Notes under the pieces: model-generated | Databases searched by the model: none | What the model was told of the DNA's origin: nothing | The model's input: only the letters and a program-made list of their open reading frames with translations | Translations under genes and position numbers: made by a program | Part shown: positions 40,503 through 54,025 of the stretch, in pieces | Numbering within the stretch: the first letter of the stretch is position 1 | How the letters are laid out: each line of letters begins with the position of its first letter | NCBI GenBank assembly: GCA_964016885.1 | Contig: OZ024745.1 | Span: 103,478,001-103,542,000 of the forward strand | DNA length: 64,000 nucleotides | Source of the DNA: Eledone cirrhosa | Taxonomy: Eukaryota | Direction: 5' to 3'

Positions 40503-42796
40503 TATGAGACATACAGGAAGGTGTGGAGAAGAAAGGTCTGGGAGCTAAAAGACCTTTCACTAAAATACAAATTTAGGAAAGCCCTTCAAGATGTATATGA
40601 CGAAAAAGAAGACGATTTAGAGACATATGACATAGATAATAACTGGAATTTCTTACGTGACAACTTGCTGCAGGCTACTGATGAAACTTGTGGCTGGAGC
40701 AGAGCTTCAACCAGACAGAGAGTGACCTCGTGGTGGGACAGCACAGTAGATAAGGCCATTAGAGACAAAAGACTAGCATGGAAGGCTTGGAAAAAGGGTG
40801 GGAGTAGGGAAGAATATACAGCCACTAAGAGAGAAGCTAGACGCCAGGTGTACTTAGCACGCAGGGAGGCTGAGAGTAGGAGGTTTGCCAATGTTCTACG
40901 ACGAGAAGATCAGAGGCGTGCAGTGTTCCACATTGCAAGGCAGTGTGTCAATGCAAATCAGGATGTTGTTGGAGATAAATGTGTCCAGGATGATGCCGGT
41001 GTACGTAGTGTCACAAATGATCAGAAAAAGAAAGTCTGGAAATGTCATTATGAGAGACTGGTGAATGTGGAGAACGAATGGGAGAGAGAGAAATTACCCT
41101 TAGTAGATCCGACAGAGGGACCAGCTATTGAAATTGACGAATATAGGTCCAAGAGGCGATTAAGGAAATGAAAAATAGTAAGGCTGCTGGACCATCGGGA
41201 ATAGTTGCTGAGATGCTGATGGTATCAGGGGACGTAGGCATTAAACTGGTTGCACGCATCATCAATCAGGCTATATATGGTGGTGTCATAAATTGCTACA
41301 AAGGTAAAGGGGATGCTCTGGAGTGGAGCAATTATAGGGGTATAAAACTGATGGGTCAGGTTATGAAAGTGGCAGAAAGGATATTGGCACAACTAATTAG
41401 AGAAAGGATCAAACTGGATGAGATGCAGTTTGGTTTTGTGCCTGGGAAGAGTACAACAGATGTCCTCTTCTTGGTGAGACAATTGCAAGAGAGGTTCTTA
41501 GAGAAAAATAAGCCATTATACTTACCCTGTGTTGACCTAGAGAAGGCCTTTGATAGGGTAGCCCGATCTGTCATCTGGTGGTCCATAAGGAAACTAGGTG
41601 TTGAGGAATGACTTGTGAGGACAGTGCAAACTTTGTACAGAGGTACTGTCAGTAAAGTGAGGGTAGGAATGGAGTTTAGTGAGGAATTCGAGATACAAGT
41701 AGGAGTACATCAAGGTTCAGTCCTCAGCCCACTCTTGTTCATTATAGTCCTCCAAGCCATAACAGAGGAGTTTAAGACTGGCCGTCCATGTGAACTTCTC
41801 TATGCTGACGATCTGGTTCTTATAGCAGAATCAGTAGTGGAGCTAGAGAATAAATTATGGCTATGGAAACAGCACTTGGAAGCAAGAGGACTGAGAGTGA
41901 ACCTAGCTAAGACAAAAGTCTTGATGAGTAGAAAAGAGGACAAAACTCTGATTCCGTCAGGGAAATGGCCATGTTCGATATGCAGAAAAGGAACTGGCAT
42001 AAATTCTATAAAATGCACACAATGCAGATCCTGGGTACACAAAAGATGTAGTGGGATAGCAGGCAAACTAACAGATAGGGAGAAATATGTATGCAGTAGA
42101 TGTACAGGGAAATTAGACAGTAGAAGTCGCATTGATAGACACATTTTTCAAATGCAGGCGGGTGCTATAGAAGTGGTGGATAGCTTCCGGTACCTAGGAG
42201 ATCAGATTAGCATGAAGGGGGATATTCCGAGGCCATAGTATCTAGAATAAGGATGGGTTGGAAGAAGTTTAGGGAGCTGCTTCCTCTGCTGACGAAGAAG
42301 GGTTTCTCCCTGCGTACGAAAGGCCGGTTGTATGATGCCTGTGTGAGGAGCACGATGCTGCGTGGTAGTGAGGCATGGGCAGCAACTGCAGAAGATATGC
42401 GACGGCTGGAGAGAAATGAGGCAAGCATGCTCCGTTGGATGTGCAGTGTAAATGTGCGTGAACGACCCAGCATGAATGTGTTGAGAGAGAAACTGTGTCT
42501 GAGAGGGATAGAATGTAGTGTACGGGAGTGGAGACTGAGGTGGTATGGACATGTGATGCGCATGGAGGATGACCGATGGGTGAAGAAGTGCCAGGAAATG
42601 CCAGTTGAAGGAAGATGTGGTAGATGTAGACCACGAAAAACAAGGGCGGAGGTGGTGAGAACAAACGTCAGATCGTTGAAGCTCACAGTGGAGATGACGA
42701 AGGACCGTGACGAGTGGAGGGATGCTGTGCTGAATAAGACCCGTCCCACCCTTGCGAGCAGGGAAGAGTGGACGTAAAATGATGATGATGATGATG

Positions 42797-42797
<1 letters not shown>
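40503..42797 (+). mobile_element. RTE family A, 5'-truncated and disabled copy
   Basis: Split ORFs 40320/41168/41615/42253 with RT (YADD) and PHD; (GAT)n tail. Confidence 0.95.
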
Positions 42798-42834
<37 letters not shown>

Positions 42835-42837
42835 GTA

Positions 42838-43176
42838 TCATCATCATCACCATCATTTACGTCTGCTTTTCCCTGCTTGCAAGGGTAGGACGGGAACTGA
42901 TTTGGGTTTGATTTCTACAGCTGGATGCCCTTCCTAACACCAACCTCATTTACAGTGAGTGCTGGGTGCTTTTTTTTCCGTGGTGCCTACACGTCCACTT
43001 TACAGTGTGGGCTGGGTGCCTTTTTGCCGTGGTACCTCCACGACCACTTTGCAGTGGAATGATAGGGCCCCCAGTCCTATCATCTCATTTCTACAGCTGA
43101 GAAAACTGGAGCAATGTGAAATAAAGTGTCTTGCTCAAGGAAACAACACATCACCCGGTCTGAGAATTGAACTCAC
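42838..43176 (-). mobile_element. SINE family A, RTE-A-type tail
   Basis: Reverse complement of body and tail, two body repeats. Confidence 0.85.
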
Positions 43177-43197
43177 ATATATACATTAATATATATA

Positions 43198-43277
<80 letters not shown>

Positions 43278-43412
43278 AAGTATATATCCCTACACGCAAA
43301 GCGTCCAGGGACACATGTATTGTCCAACCATATGCCAATGTGGTTCAATGGCAGGTTAATAAATAAACGAGCCAGAACATATATAATCAAGGGTTAGCAA
43401 ATAAGAAAAAGT

Positions 43413-43778
43413 CATCATCATCGTTTAACGTCCATCTTCCACGCTCGCATGGATTTGGACGGGAGTTTTCCCACTTGAGGCAAGAGTGGTTGTCTTGCTC
43501 GCATAGGACTGTCTGGCGGGTTTTCTACAGCTGGATGCCCTTCCTAACACCAACCACATTTACAGTGTGGGACTGGGAGGTTTTTACCATGTTACATACA
43601 CGGCCACATTACAGGGTGGACTGTGTGTTTTTTTTTTGTCGTGACACCTACACAACCTCATTTGTTTCGGGCTGGATGTTGTGGTACCAACATAACTTTA
43701 CATTGAAAGGGGTGGTGTGGATGTGGTGGGGGTAGTGGGACGGGGGTGTATTTTGTTAGAGGTGCCTACTGACTGTAG
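43413..43778 (-). mobile_element. RTE family B 3' UTR fragment
   Basis: Reverse complement of ~5490-5860. Confidence 0.85.
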
Positions 43779-43879
43779 TATATATATAAATATATATATG
43801 TATATATATATATATATATATATTTAGTATATATGTATATATATATATATTTAGTATATATATATATATATATATATAT

Positions 43880-46515
43880 GTAGATAAATCTACCAAAAAT
43901 TTACGGTAGTGTCCAATCCGTATGAAGAACTCAATGTAATCCGGATATCATGAAAAGAGAAGATGCATTCAAAAACTATTTTCGGTGAAAATTAACGGAA
44001 AACAGAGTCAAGATAAATTAATAAAATAATGAATAACGAAGCTCTAGCTAGAAGTGGCCACAAAAATAAATTAGTATATATACCTTCTACCAATAACACT
44101 ACAAACATACAACCTAATATTACCAACAAACACCAAATGAAACATACACACCTAAATGCCACTCACACTATACCCCAAAACACCAACATAAAACCAAATT
44201 TCTCTAACTCTTCTAATATACAATATAGTAACTCTCAAAAAACTACTCATCCTACAACTCTAATAAATGTTAATAATAAAACTCCTAATAAACAAGCTAA
44301 AACACCTAAATCAATAAATCTAACTAAAAATGTGTGTGGTGAAGTCATTAACAATAATTCTCTTAATAAACATCAGGATACATCCTATAAAAACGATAAA
44401 CAACATCGAAACCGTAATAGACGAGTTACTTGGTATAATGCTCCATTTAATTTACAAATTAAGGATAATATACCTAAAAAATTCTTTAATATCCTAGAGA
44501 AGAACTTCCCGCCAAACCACAAATACCATCAAATTTTAAATAGATCAACGGTTAAATTCTCCTACTCAACAACCAAAAACATAAAACAAAATATAAGTGC
44601 CTACAATGCATATAAGTGTAAAAAAAACCATGAGTATACCACCTGTACATCAAACTAACCATAATATCTTCTCAGATACAGGACTCACGAAAAGTTGTAA
44701 CTGTAGAAACAGGGCAAACTGCCCATTAAAAGGAAATTGCCTTGTTAATAACATAGTGTATAAATGTAAAGTTAACACTAAGGACTCAATTTATTCATAT
44801 ATAGGAGCTACCTCTAACAAATTTAAGGTAAGATTTAATACCCACAAACATAGTTTTAAAAATGCCGCACTAGCTAATACAACATCTCTAGCTGAAATAA
44901 TTAATAATTATAGAAAGAGGAATATAGATTATGACCTGACCTGGAGTGTGCTCAAAAGGGCCACCCCTTATCAAAATAATAGATATGAATGTAGATTATG
45001 TTCCCAAGAACTTTTTGAAATAATGAAATCTAAGGATAACCTATTAAATAAGCGACAGGAATTAATAATATCGTGTAATCATAAACTGAGAAAAACCTTT
45101 AAATATTATAAACCTAATTAATATACACTTTAGAAATTAATATATAAACTCTTTTTAATTTAGTTAACCTATAATTAATATTCTACTACTGATGAACTAC
45201 ATAATTTTACTTTCCTTCTTACAACTATCAATTCCTAAAACTGATACCATTAAGTAAACATATATAATGCTTTAATTTCAGGTTATGACTCTATGTTCCT
45301 TGAAATCTCTATATATTTATTATTTCTCACTAATAAATTTAATTCCCCCCCCCCCAATAATTATATATATATGTATATGTGTATGTGTGTGTATATGTAT
45401 ATATATGGATGTATATATGTGTGTATATGTATATATATATATATGTATGTGTGTGTGTATGTATGTATGTATATATATATGTATATATATATTATTTTTA
45501 TTTTTATTTTTATTTTTATTTTTATTTTTATTTTTATTTTTATTTTTATTTTTATTTTTATTTTTATTTTTATTTTTATTTTTATTTTTATTTTTATTTT
45601 TATTTTTATTTTTATTTTTATATTCTTTTAATTTCCCCTCATCTTTAACAGCACTCTTCAACTACATCTAACTCTTATTTATCATATCTATATGCATTAG
45701 TATAATTTTATCAATATAAATATACCCATCAATTAAATTAATTTATATTCTTTTCATAGATGTATCTTTTTCACTAACACTCTTATTGTAAAATTTTAGT
45801 CTCCTTAGATATTTGCATTGGCATTACTATTTTATAACAACAACTGCTCGTATACCTTTTACTGACCTGACCTATTTTCACCTCTAAAATAACCTTCTCA
45901 TTCTTCACACTCCATTCAAAACTGAAATCTGCCTTATTAAGCTTCAATTACTACTATTTTACCATTTGGCCAATTATTAACTTTCTATTGGTTAATTCTA
46001 AACCTCTTACCAAACAGACAGACTATATTAGATCTTTGTTGGTTTTATTCAATGAACACATATAATTGTTTCTGAGGTCAGCATACGACCTATTTTCATC
46101 CCTAAAATAATCTTTCATTCATAATATTCTTTTCCATCCAAAACTGAAATCTACCTTCCTCTACCCATAATTTAAGGTTCTTCTTCTACTACTATATTAC
46201 TATCTTGACCTTCACTATCCTTCTATTGGTCAATTCAAAACCTGTTCCCAAACAGACCTATTGTATTGAATCTTTGTTTTTTTTTCAATAAACAAATATC
46301 AGTGCCAAACGTAGAAACAATTATTTCTGAAGACAGCATATATATGTGTAGGTATGTATATTCCCTCTGATAGTTTGTATAAATATTTTACATAGATCTA
46401 TAGAATATGCATACCAACACTAACACATATATATCCTAGAAACGATCGTAAAATGATGAAATTTTTTTAATATAAGGAACTGTTTCTTTGTTTATTCATT
46501 ATTTTATTAATTTAT
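43880..46515 (+). mobile_element. Penelope-like element (Naiad-type) 3' part with inverted terminal piece at the 5' end
   Basis: NEALARSG, RRVTWYNAPF, CNCRNRANCPLKGNCL, IVY..YIG..FKVRFNTH (GIY-YIG); 44012-44032 is the reverse complement of 46495-46515; duplicated ~220-bp unit in 3' UTR. Confidence 0.88.
46321..46456 (+). ncRNA. Type I hammerhead with ~105-nt stem II
   Basis: ATTT-CTGAAGA-..ATATATATGTGT/GGTATGTATATTC..GAATATGCATACC/ACACATATATAT..-GAAACGATCGTA-AAAT. Confidence 0.75.
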
Positions 46516-46578
46516 GTATATATATATATATTTAGTATATATGTATATATATAGTTATATATATATATATATTTAATA

Positions 46579-46689
<111 letters not shown>

Positions 46690-46759
46690 ATATATATATA
46701 TATGTGTATATATTTAATATATATGTATATATATATATGTATAATATATGTATATATAT

Positions 46760-47105
46760 ATCATCATCGTCATTTTACGTCCACTTTTCCCTGCTTGCAA
46801 GTGTTGGAGGGATCCTATTAAGCACAGCATCTCTCCACCCATCACCGTCCTTCGTCATCTCCTCCGTGAGATTCAGAGATCTGAGGTCTGCTCTTACCAC
46901 CTCTGCCCATGTTTTTCGTGGTCTACCTCTACTGCGTCTTCCTTCTACTGGGATTTCTTGGCACTTCTTTACCCAACGGTCATCCTCCATGCGCATCACA
47001 TGTCCATACCATCTCAGCCTTCTCTCCTGCACACCACAACTTATCCCTCTTATACCCAGTTTGTTTCTCAACTGGTCTATGCTTGGTCGTTCATGCACAT
47101 TGACC
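46760..47105 (-). mobile_element. RTE family A-like 3' end
   Basis: RRLRWYGHVMRMEDDRWVKKC..GRPRKTW. Confidence 0.9.
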
Positions 47106-47259
47106 TGTCTTCCATTGCCCGTGGGTGGCAGTCCTCCCAAAGAAAAAATACACGCTGTTCCCATATATATATATATATATATAAATATATATATTTAATA
47201 TATATTAATATATATATTTAATATATATGTATATATATATATATTTAATATATATATAT

Positions 47260-47530
47260 ATCATCATCATCATCATCATTTTACGTCCGTTCTTCCACGC
47301 TAGCATGGGTTAGACAGGTTGTCCTGTTGTGAGCAGTGTCCAGTCAGCTGACCTTGTCTTGCTCATACAGGAACTGACTTTGGCTTGATTTCTACAGCTG
47401 GATGCCCTTCTTAACACCAACCTCATTTACAGTGAGTGCTGGATGCTTTTTTCCGTGGCACCTACACGTCGACTTTACAGTGTGGGCTGGGTGCTTTTTT
47501 TTTTGCCATGGCACCTCCATGACCACTTTT
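47260..47530 (-). mobile_element. SINE family A body and tail (RTE-B-type tail)
   Basis: Reverse complement of ~6505-6724. Confidence 0.85.
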
Positions 47531-47740
47531 CAGATTTCGGATTTCAGCTGTGGTCGAAAACAAAGCGAAACGCAATATCCGAGTTATGCTGGCAAGCGCT
47601 TCATGGACCAAATAAAGACCAGAGCAATAAACATAGGTTATAAAGGCCAAACAAACTGAGATGGCAGTCAAGAAGCCATCAATCACCTATGCCAAAAAGA
47701 CGAGGCAAGCCAAACAGATCAAACAAAATAATTGAATATT

Positions 47741-47876
47741 TACCCGTTTGACCCTTGGAAAAGATGGTATAATCCAGTAAAGGGTTTCTGCGACACCTAA
47801 ATCAATTATACTGCCTGCTTAGATAATAAGCTTTTGGTATAATGATCGAACAAGGATGTCACTTCATCAACAGGTA
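47741..47876 (-). ncRNA. Extended type I hammerhead with deleted core bases (likely inactive)
   Basis: TACCTGTT-[..]GATGA-GTGACATC..GGTGTCGC-GAAACCCTT..AAGGGTC-AAACGGGTA. Confidence 0.6.
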
Positions 47877-48229
47877 TTTTGTTCTATGCCAGCATGCAGG
47901 ATCATGCAGTGGTATGTAGTAGTAAAACCACGTGTGTAACTCTGCAGGGGGGAAAGTTTATATATATATATATATATTATATATATATATATATATTTTA
48001 TATATATATAGATATATAGATATTATATATATATATATTATATATATTTTATATATATATATTATATATATTTTATATATATATATATATTATATATATT
48101 TTATATATATATATATTTTATATATATATATTTTATATATATATATATATTTTATATATATATATAAATATATATAAATAAAATATAAAAATAATAAAAT
48201 AAGATGCTGAGGTTACATATATCGTTTAA

Positions 48230-48317
48230 TCATAATAATTATTTCTACGGTTCTCCATGCAATCGAAATGTCCTTCATGCATTTGCTGTTGTTTATGAGA
48301 ACGGTTTCCTCAGATGA
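48230..48317 (-). ncRNA. Type I hammerhead with long stem II
   Basis: TCAT-CTGAGGA-..GTTCTC..GAGAAC..-GAAATAATTATT-ATGA. Confidence 0.65.
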
Positions 48318-49216
48318 AGATCGATATATTTGATATGCTGCTGGCAGGAAAACATACATCCTAATGCTTGTGCGCCCAGCATACAATGAGTTCCTTGAAG
48401 GGTTTGCCAGCCGTCGCGTTTGTTAGAAAAAGCTATCAATGAAAAAAGACGAAAAGAACATTCTTTTCGTCTTTTTTCGTTGATAGCTTTTAATGGTGGA
48501 GATGACGAAGGACCGTGACAAGTGGAGAGATGCTGTGCTGAATAAGACCCCTTCCACCCATGCAAGCAGGGAAAAGTGGACGTAAAATGATGATGATGAT
48601 GATGATGATGATGATATATATTTCATATATATATATTTTAAACATATATATATTTTATATGTATATTTTATATATATATATATATTTTATATATATATAT
48701 ATTTTATATATATATATATTATATATATATATGTATATATGTTTACACGTGCCGCGGTGGCCTCTCTGTCCACAATCTTTGTGGCACGTTTTTACCACCG
48801 TCATAAAAAAACCCTTCTGGATTATCTCCCTTTCCCTTCTCCTCCTCACTTTTGGTTGCCCGTGTCTCTCTCTCACTTTCCCCTGTCTATGGGAGAGGCA
48901 GCACGATTATACCAGCTCTGAGTCGTAGCTGACCACCAGGCTAAAGTCTCCCAGGCTGGCCACAACTTACTTTCCCTATTTTTCCACGGTTACTTTTTTG
49001 CATGTTTCTTTCACCTGTGTTTTCCCACGATGGGACCTGTACACTTTTTTCTCCTATTCCTTTCCTATTTTTGCCCCTTCCCCTTTCTTCCTCTCTCCTC
49101 ATCTTCTTCTTCCTTTCCCTCTCTTTCCTTTTCTCTCTCATTTTTTCTCCCCTTTTTTCTCTCTTTCTCTCTCCTTTTCCACTTGGCCTTTTGATTAATA
49201 AAAGGCCTCGGGTGCA

Positions 49217-49288
49217 CCCGAACTACACCGATGTCCTGTAATTCAGCGCCGAAACATCGGTTTGGGAAACATTTACAGCTGACGATGG
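49217..49288 (+). ncRNA. Candidate non-circularly permuted hammerhead ribozyme
   Basis: ACCGATGTC|CTGTAA-9 nt-GAAACATCGGT-..-TTACAG-CTGACGA. Confidence 0.7.
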
Positions 49289-49539
49289 AAACTCCTTTCT
49301 TCCTTTCTCCTCCTGTTCCGTCCTAACCACCATCCTAAACCTTGTTTTTAGTAACCACACAGCTCCTTTCGTTTCATAACTTTTTATATATATATATACA
49401 ACAAAGAATTGCTGCTTTCACCCTTAATGGTATCTTCTGACACTAAAAAAAAAAAAGGGTGAAAGCAGCGATTCTTTGCTTAAACTTTAATCTGTTATTT
49501 TAATAAATATTTGCTCTATAGTTTTTATATATATATTAT

Positions 49540-51555
49540 ACAGAATGGGGTCATACTGAAAGACTGGCATAGCAGCAGCATCATTAACTGCTACAAGGGT
49601 AAAGGGGATGCTCTAGATAGGGGAAACTATAGAGGTATTAAGTTAGTTGACCAGGTCATGAAGGTCACAGAAAGAGTTATAGCGGAACTAATCAGAGAGC
49701 GAATTGATCTAGATGAAATGCAGTTTGGGTTTGTGTCAAGTAAAAGTACCACAGATGCTCTTTTCCTTGTACAACTACAGGAGAAGTACCTAGCTAAAAG
49801 TAAACCCCTCTACTTAGGATTTGGTGGGCTCTTAGAAAACTAGGTGTAGATGAATGGCTTGTGAGAGCTATACAAGAAACAGTCAGCAAGGTTAGAATTA
49901 ACAATGAATATTGTGAAGAATTTAGTGTAAAAGTTGGTGTTCATCAAGGCTCTGCCCTTAACCCCCTCCTATTTATTATTGCCCTTCAGGCTATAACAGA
50001 GGAGTTCAAGACCGGCTGCACATGGAAACTCCTATACGCAGATGATCTAACGCTCATAGCTGAATCTATGGCTGAACTAGAGAAGAAGTTCGAAACATGA
50101 AAGCATGGCCTAGAATCAAAAGGCCTTAAAGTTAACTTGTCTAAGACTAAAGTTCTAGTTTGTAGAAAGGAAAATAGGGCACAGGTGCCCTCAGGGAAAT
50201 GACCATGCTCAGTGTGTAGGAAAGGAGTAGGCAGAAATTCCATTTTATGTCCCAAATGCAAAGTATGGGTACATAAAATATGTAGTGGGATCACAGGTAA
50301 ACTATCTAAGAACGTAGACTTTATATGTGGCCAATGCTCAGGTGCAATAAGTAGCAAGTGCCCAAAGGATACTAGCTCTTTCCATTGCTCAGATGGTTCT
50401 ATAGAATTAGTAGACACTTTCCGTTACCTGGGTGAAAAAATCAGCAGTGGTGGAGGGTGTTCTGAAAGTACAGTAGCTAGAGTCAGAATGGGATGGAAAA
50501 AGTTCAGAGAGCTTATACTGCTGTTGGCCACAAAAGGTTTCTCTCTAAAAATGAAAGGCAGATTGTATGATGCCTGTATATGAACAGCAATGCTACATGG
50601 CAGTGAGACATGAGCATTACGTGCAGAGGACCTGCGTAGACTGGAAAGGAACGAAGCATGGATGCTCCGTTGGATGTGTAATAGTAATATACGTGAACGG
50701 CAAAGCAAAAATGAACTAAGTGAGAAATTAGGAATAAAAGGGATCAGATGCTGTTTACTTGAGAGAATACTACGTTGGTATGGTCACGTGATGCGCATGA
50801 AAGACAACAGCTGCTGTTTACTTGAGAGAATACTACGTTGGTATGGTCACGTGATGCGCATGAAAGACAACAGCTGCTGTTTACTTGAGAGAATACTACG
50901 TTGGTATGGTCACGTGATGCGCATGAAAGACAACAGCTGCTGTTTACTTGAGAGAATACTACGTTGGTATGGTCACGTGATGCGCATGAAAGACAACAGC
51001 TGCATAAAAAAGTGCAGGCCGATCAAAATTGATGGTAGTTATGGAGTAGGTAGACCCAGAAAAACCTGGGATGATCTGATAAATTCCGACCTCACACACT
51101 TACATCTCTCTAAGACAATGTCTCTGGACCGAGATCTTTGGCGCTATGCAGTAATACAGATGACCCGCCTTGCTTATGTACAAAGCGAAACCTACAGTCA
51201 GTAGGCACCTCTTAACAAAATATACACCCCAATCCACTACCCTATCCTATCCTCCCACTCCCACCAACAGCACGAGAAAATGAGATCGAGATCGTGTAGG
51301 TGTCACAACAAAAAAGAAACACACAGTCCATGCTGTAATGTGGCCGTGTAGGTAACACGGTAAAAAGTTCCCAGTTTCACACTGTAAATGTGGTTAGTGT
51401 TAGGAAGGGCATCCAGCTGTAGAAAACTTGCCAGATAGTCCTATATAAGTGAGACACGGTCACCCGACCAGCTTTGCCTCAGGTGGGACAACTCCCGTCT
51501 AACCCATGCTAGCTTGGAAAATGGACGTTAAACGAAGATGATGATGATGATGATT
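49540..51555 (+). mobile_element. RTE family B, 5'-truncated ~2-kb disabled copy
   Basis: RT, PHD and C-terminus with several stops; 3' UTR; (GAT)n tail; 63-bp x4 internal tandem at ~50750-51003. Confidence 0.93.
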
Positions 51556-51574
51556 ATCCTTATCGAGCCTTACA

Positions 51575-52950
51575 TATCAGTGGTGCTTCTTCCTGGCACA
51601 AACCCAAATTGCATCTCATCTAGTTTCACCCGGTCCCTAATCAACTGTGCTATAACTCTTTCTGTTACTTTCATGACCTGGTCCATCAGCTTTATACCTC
51701 TATAGTTTCCTCTATCTAGTGCATCACCTTTACCTTTGTAGCAGTTGACAATGATGCTACTGCACCAATCCTTTGGTATGACACCTTCTAGTATTACCTG
51801 GTTAACAATACGTGTGGTTATGGTGTAACCTACCAACCCAGATGCCTTCAGCATCTCGGCAGCTATACTCGATGGACCGGTTGCCTTCCCCGTCTTCATA
51901 TCTTTGATTGCCTTACTTACTATGCTGATGCTGACTTGTACTGCTGGCCCCTCCATATGATCTATTTGGGGTAGGGTCTCTTCTTCCCATGCATTCTCCT
52001 CATTTAGTAATTTATCATAATGGCTCTTCCACGCATCTTTCTTCTCAGTACTTGTGAGGGCAAGCTCACCTTTATCATTCCGGATACACTTCTCTCCAAT
52101 GACATCACAATTCTCTCTGACACACTGCCTTGCAATCTTGAACACCTCCTGTTTCTGGTCCTCATGTTGCAAAACATGCTTGAATTTTCTATCCTCTGCT
52201 TCCCTCCTAGCTAAGTATACTTGTCGCCTAGCTTCGCTCCTGATCTCTATGCAATGTACCTTGCTTCCCCCGTTCTTCCATTCTTTCCATGCCTGTCTCT
52301 TGGTCTTAACTGCCTCATTTACCTTATTGTTCCACCACCAAGTCACTCTCCTCCTGTCTCTAGGCTTACTCCAGCTACAGATCTCATCCGTCGCCTTTAG
52401 TAAGTTATTTTTAGGAACTCCCTGAATGTCATAGGCATTGAGTAAAATATCTTTAAATCTGTTACTGGTTGAGGGGTCTTTCAGCTTCCAGATATTTCTT
52501 CTCCAGGTTGGCTTCTGTTTCCAGATTCGTCTAGTTCTGACCGTGAGGTCGCTGACAACTAAGCTATGTTGGGAGGTACATTCCTCATTAGGGAAGGCTT
52601 TTGTGTTTACGACCATCCATCTGTCACGTCCTCTGATGAGGATAAAATCTATCTGACTAGAATGCTCTCCTGATCTATAGGTCATCAGGTGGTTGTCGGG
52701 TTTTTTTTAAATTTGTGTTACATATTGACATGTCATTGGCGTTGCAGAATTCTAGAAGCCTGAATCCTTCTTCATTTCTTATGCCAACCCCATGGCCTCC
52801 ATGGACTCTATAGAAGCCGTCACAGTGTTTACCTACGTGTCCGTTAAAATCTCCTGCAATGATTAGGAAGTCATTGTCATTTGTTAGAGTAGTAGTGTGC
52901 ATTAGGGACTCGTAAAACCTATCCTTAAGTTTGTCTGGCAACCCTGAACC
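51575..52950 (-). mobile_element. RTE internal fragment (APE C-half to RT start), further subfamily
   Basis: ORFs 52675-52959 (GDFNGHVG) and 51570-52685 (TWWWN, NYRGIKL, QFGFVPG). Confidence 0.92.
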
Positions 52951-53373
52951 GAAATACAAAAGATATTAAAAATGTCATGCTATCTAATTGGTCAAATTGA
53001 CTTAATATTCAAAAATAACGGTCTATATATATATTCACATCATTTCTTTCTTCCTTTCTTTCTTTTTTGTCATTATTTCTTCTTTCTTATTCTCTCTTCT
53101 CTCTCTCATCCTTTTTCTTTTTTTCTTGTTAATATATTTATTTACTCATTTAAATATTTATGTATGTATGTGTTTATTTATTTTCTTATCGTATTTACCC
53201 ATATTCACCCCCTCCATACCCATATTTCACTCCTCATCCTCTTCTTCTTTAAATTTAAGTATATCATGTTATTATTTGTGCTATATAAATGTTGAGATTT
53301 GTTGTAATAAATCACTGCCAATACTGGAATTGAACTATCAAGACAGTTGAGGTATGTCATACATCAATTCATG

Positions 53374-53435
53374 TATTTTATCTGACGAGGACGTACTGAA
53401 AAAACAGCACAGTACCTTATATATATAATAAAATA
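53374..53435 (+). ncRNA. Degenerate hammerhead (GAAA lost)
   Basis: TATTTTAT-CTGACGA-..GTACTG/CAGTAC..-TATATATA-ATAAAATA. Confidence 0.5.
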
Positions 53436-53739
53436 TATAAAATAAAACATATATTTTGATTATGTGAATGTCTTCATTTATTATTATTCTAAATAATAGT
53501 AACTCCAGAAAACTTTTGTGTAGAGTGCTTTTAATCTATTGTAAAACTATATTCATTGAGTAATCAATGAACCATATTAATATTTGGTTATATTTTACAT
53601 ATATATATTTTATATATGTATATATATATTTATATATATATATTGATATACATTTTATATATATATATATATTTTATATATATATTTTATTTATATATAT
53701 ATATATATATATAAATTATATATATATATTTTATATATA

Positions 53740-53780
<41 letters not shown>

Positions 53781-53790
53781 TAAAGTTAGT

Positions 53791-53858
53791 CCTTCATCAG
53801 TGATCTTCCAACCATCATTGGTATTTCATCGCTTTAAAGACCATATACCTCCGGTTGG
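53791..53858 (-). ncRNA. Candidate non-circularly permuted hammerhead ribozyme
   Basis: Minus strand CCAACC..GGTATA|TGGTCTT-9 nt-GAAATACC..GGTTGG-AAGATCA-CTGATGA. Confidence 0.7.
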
Positions 53859-53981
53859 TGCGAGCAACGGCTAAAAAAAGTCGTTGGGACACGTAAATAA
53901 AGGGGACACGAGTGTAAACAAACAAAGATGGTGAAGCAACGAAAAGTGAGGAAGAAGGAGTCAAGTCCCAAATTTCTATGA

Positions 53982-54025
<44 letters not shown>

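Noticed and set aside
45180-45250. SECIS element downstream of the Penelope ORF
   Set aside because: No in-frame TGA at conserved Cys positions and no convincing SECIS stem by eye.
49540-52950. Twin-priming inversion of one RTE
   Set aside because: The pieces are tail-to-tail and their overlapping RT region is clearly divergent, so they are separate subfamilies.
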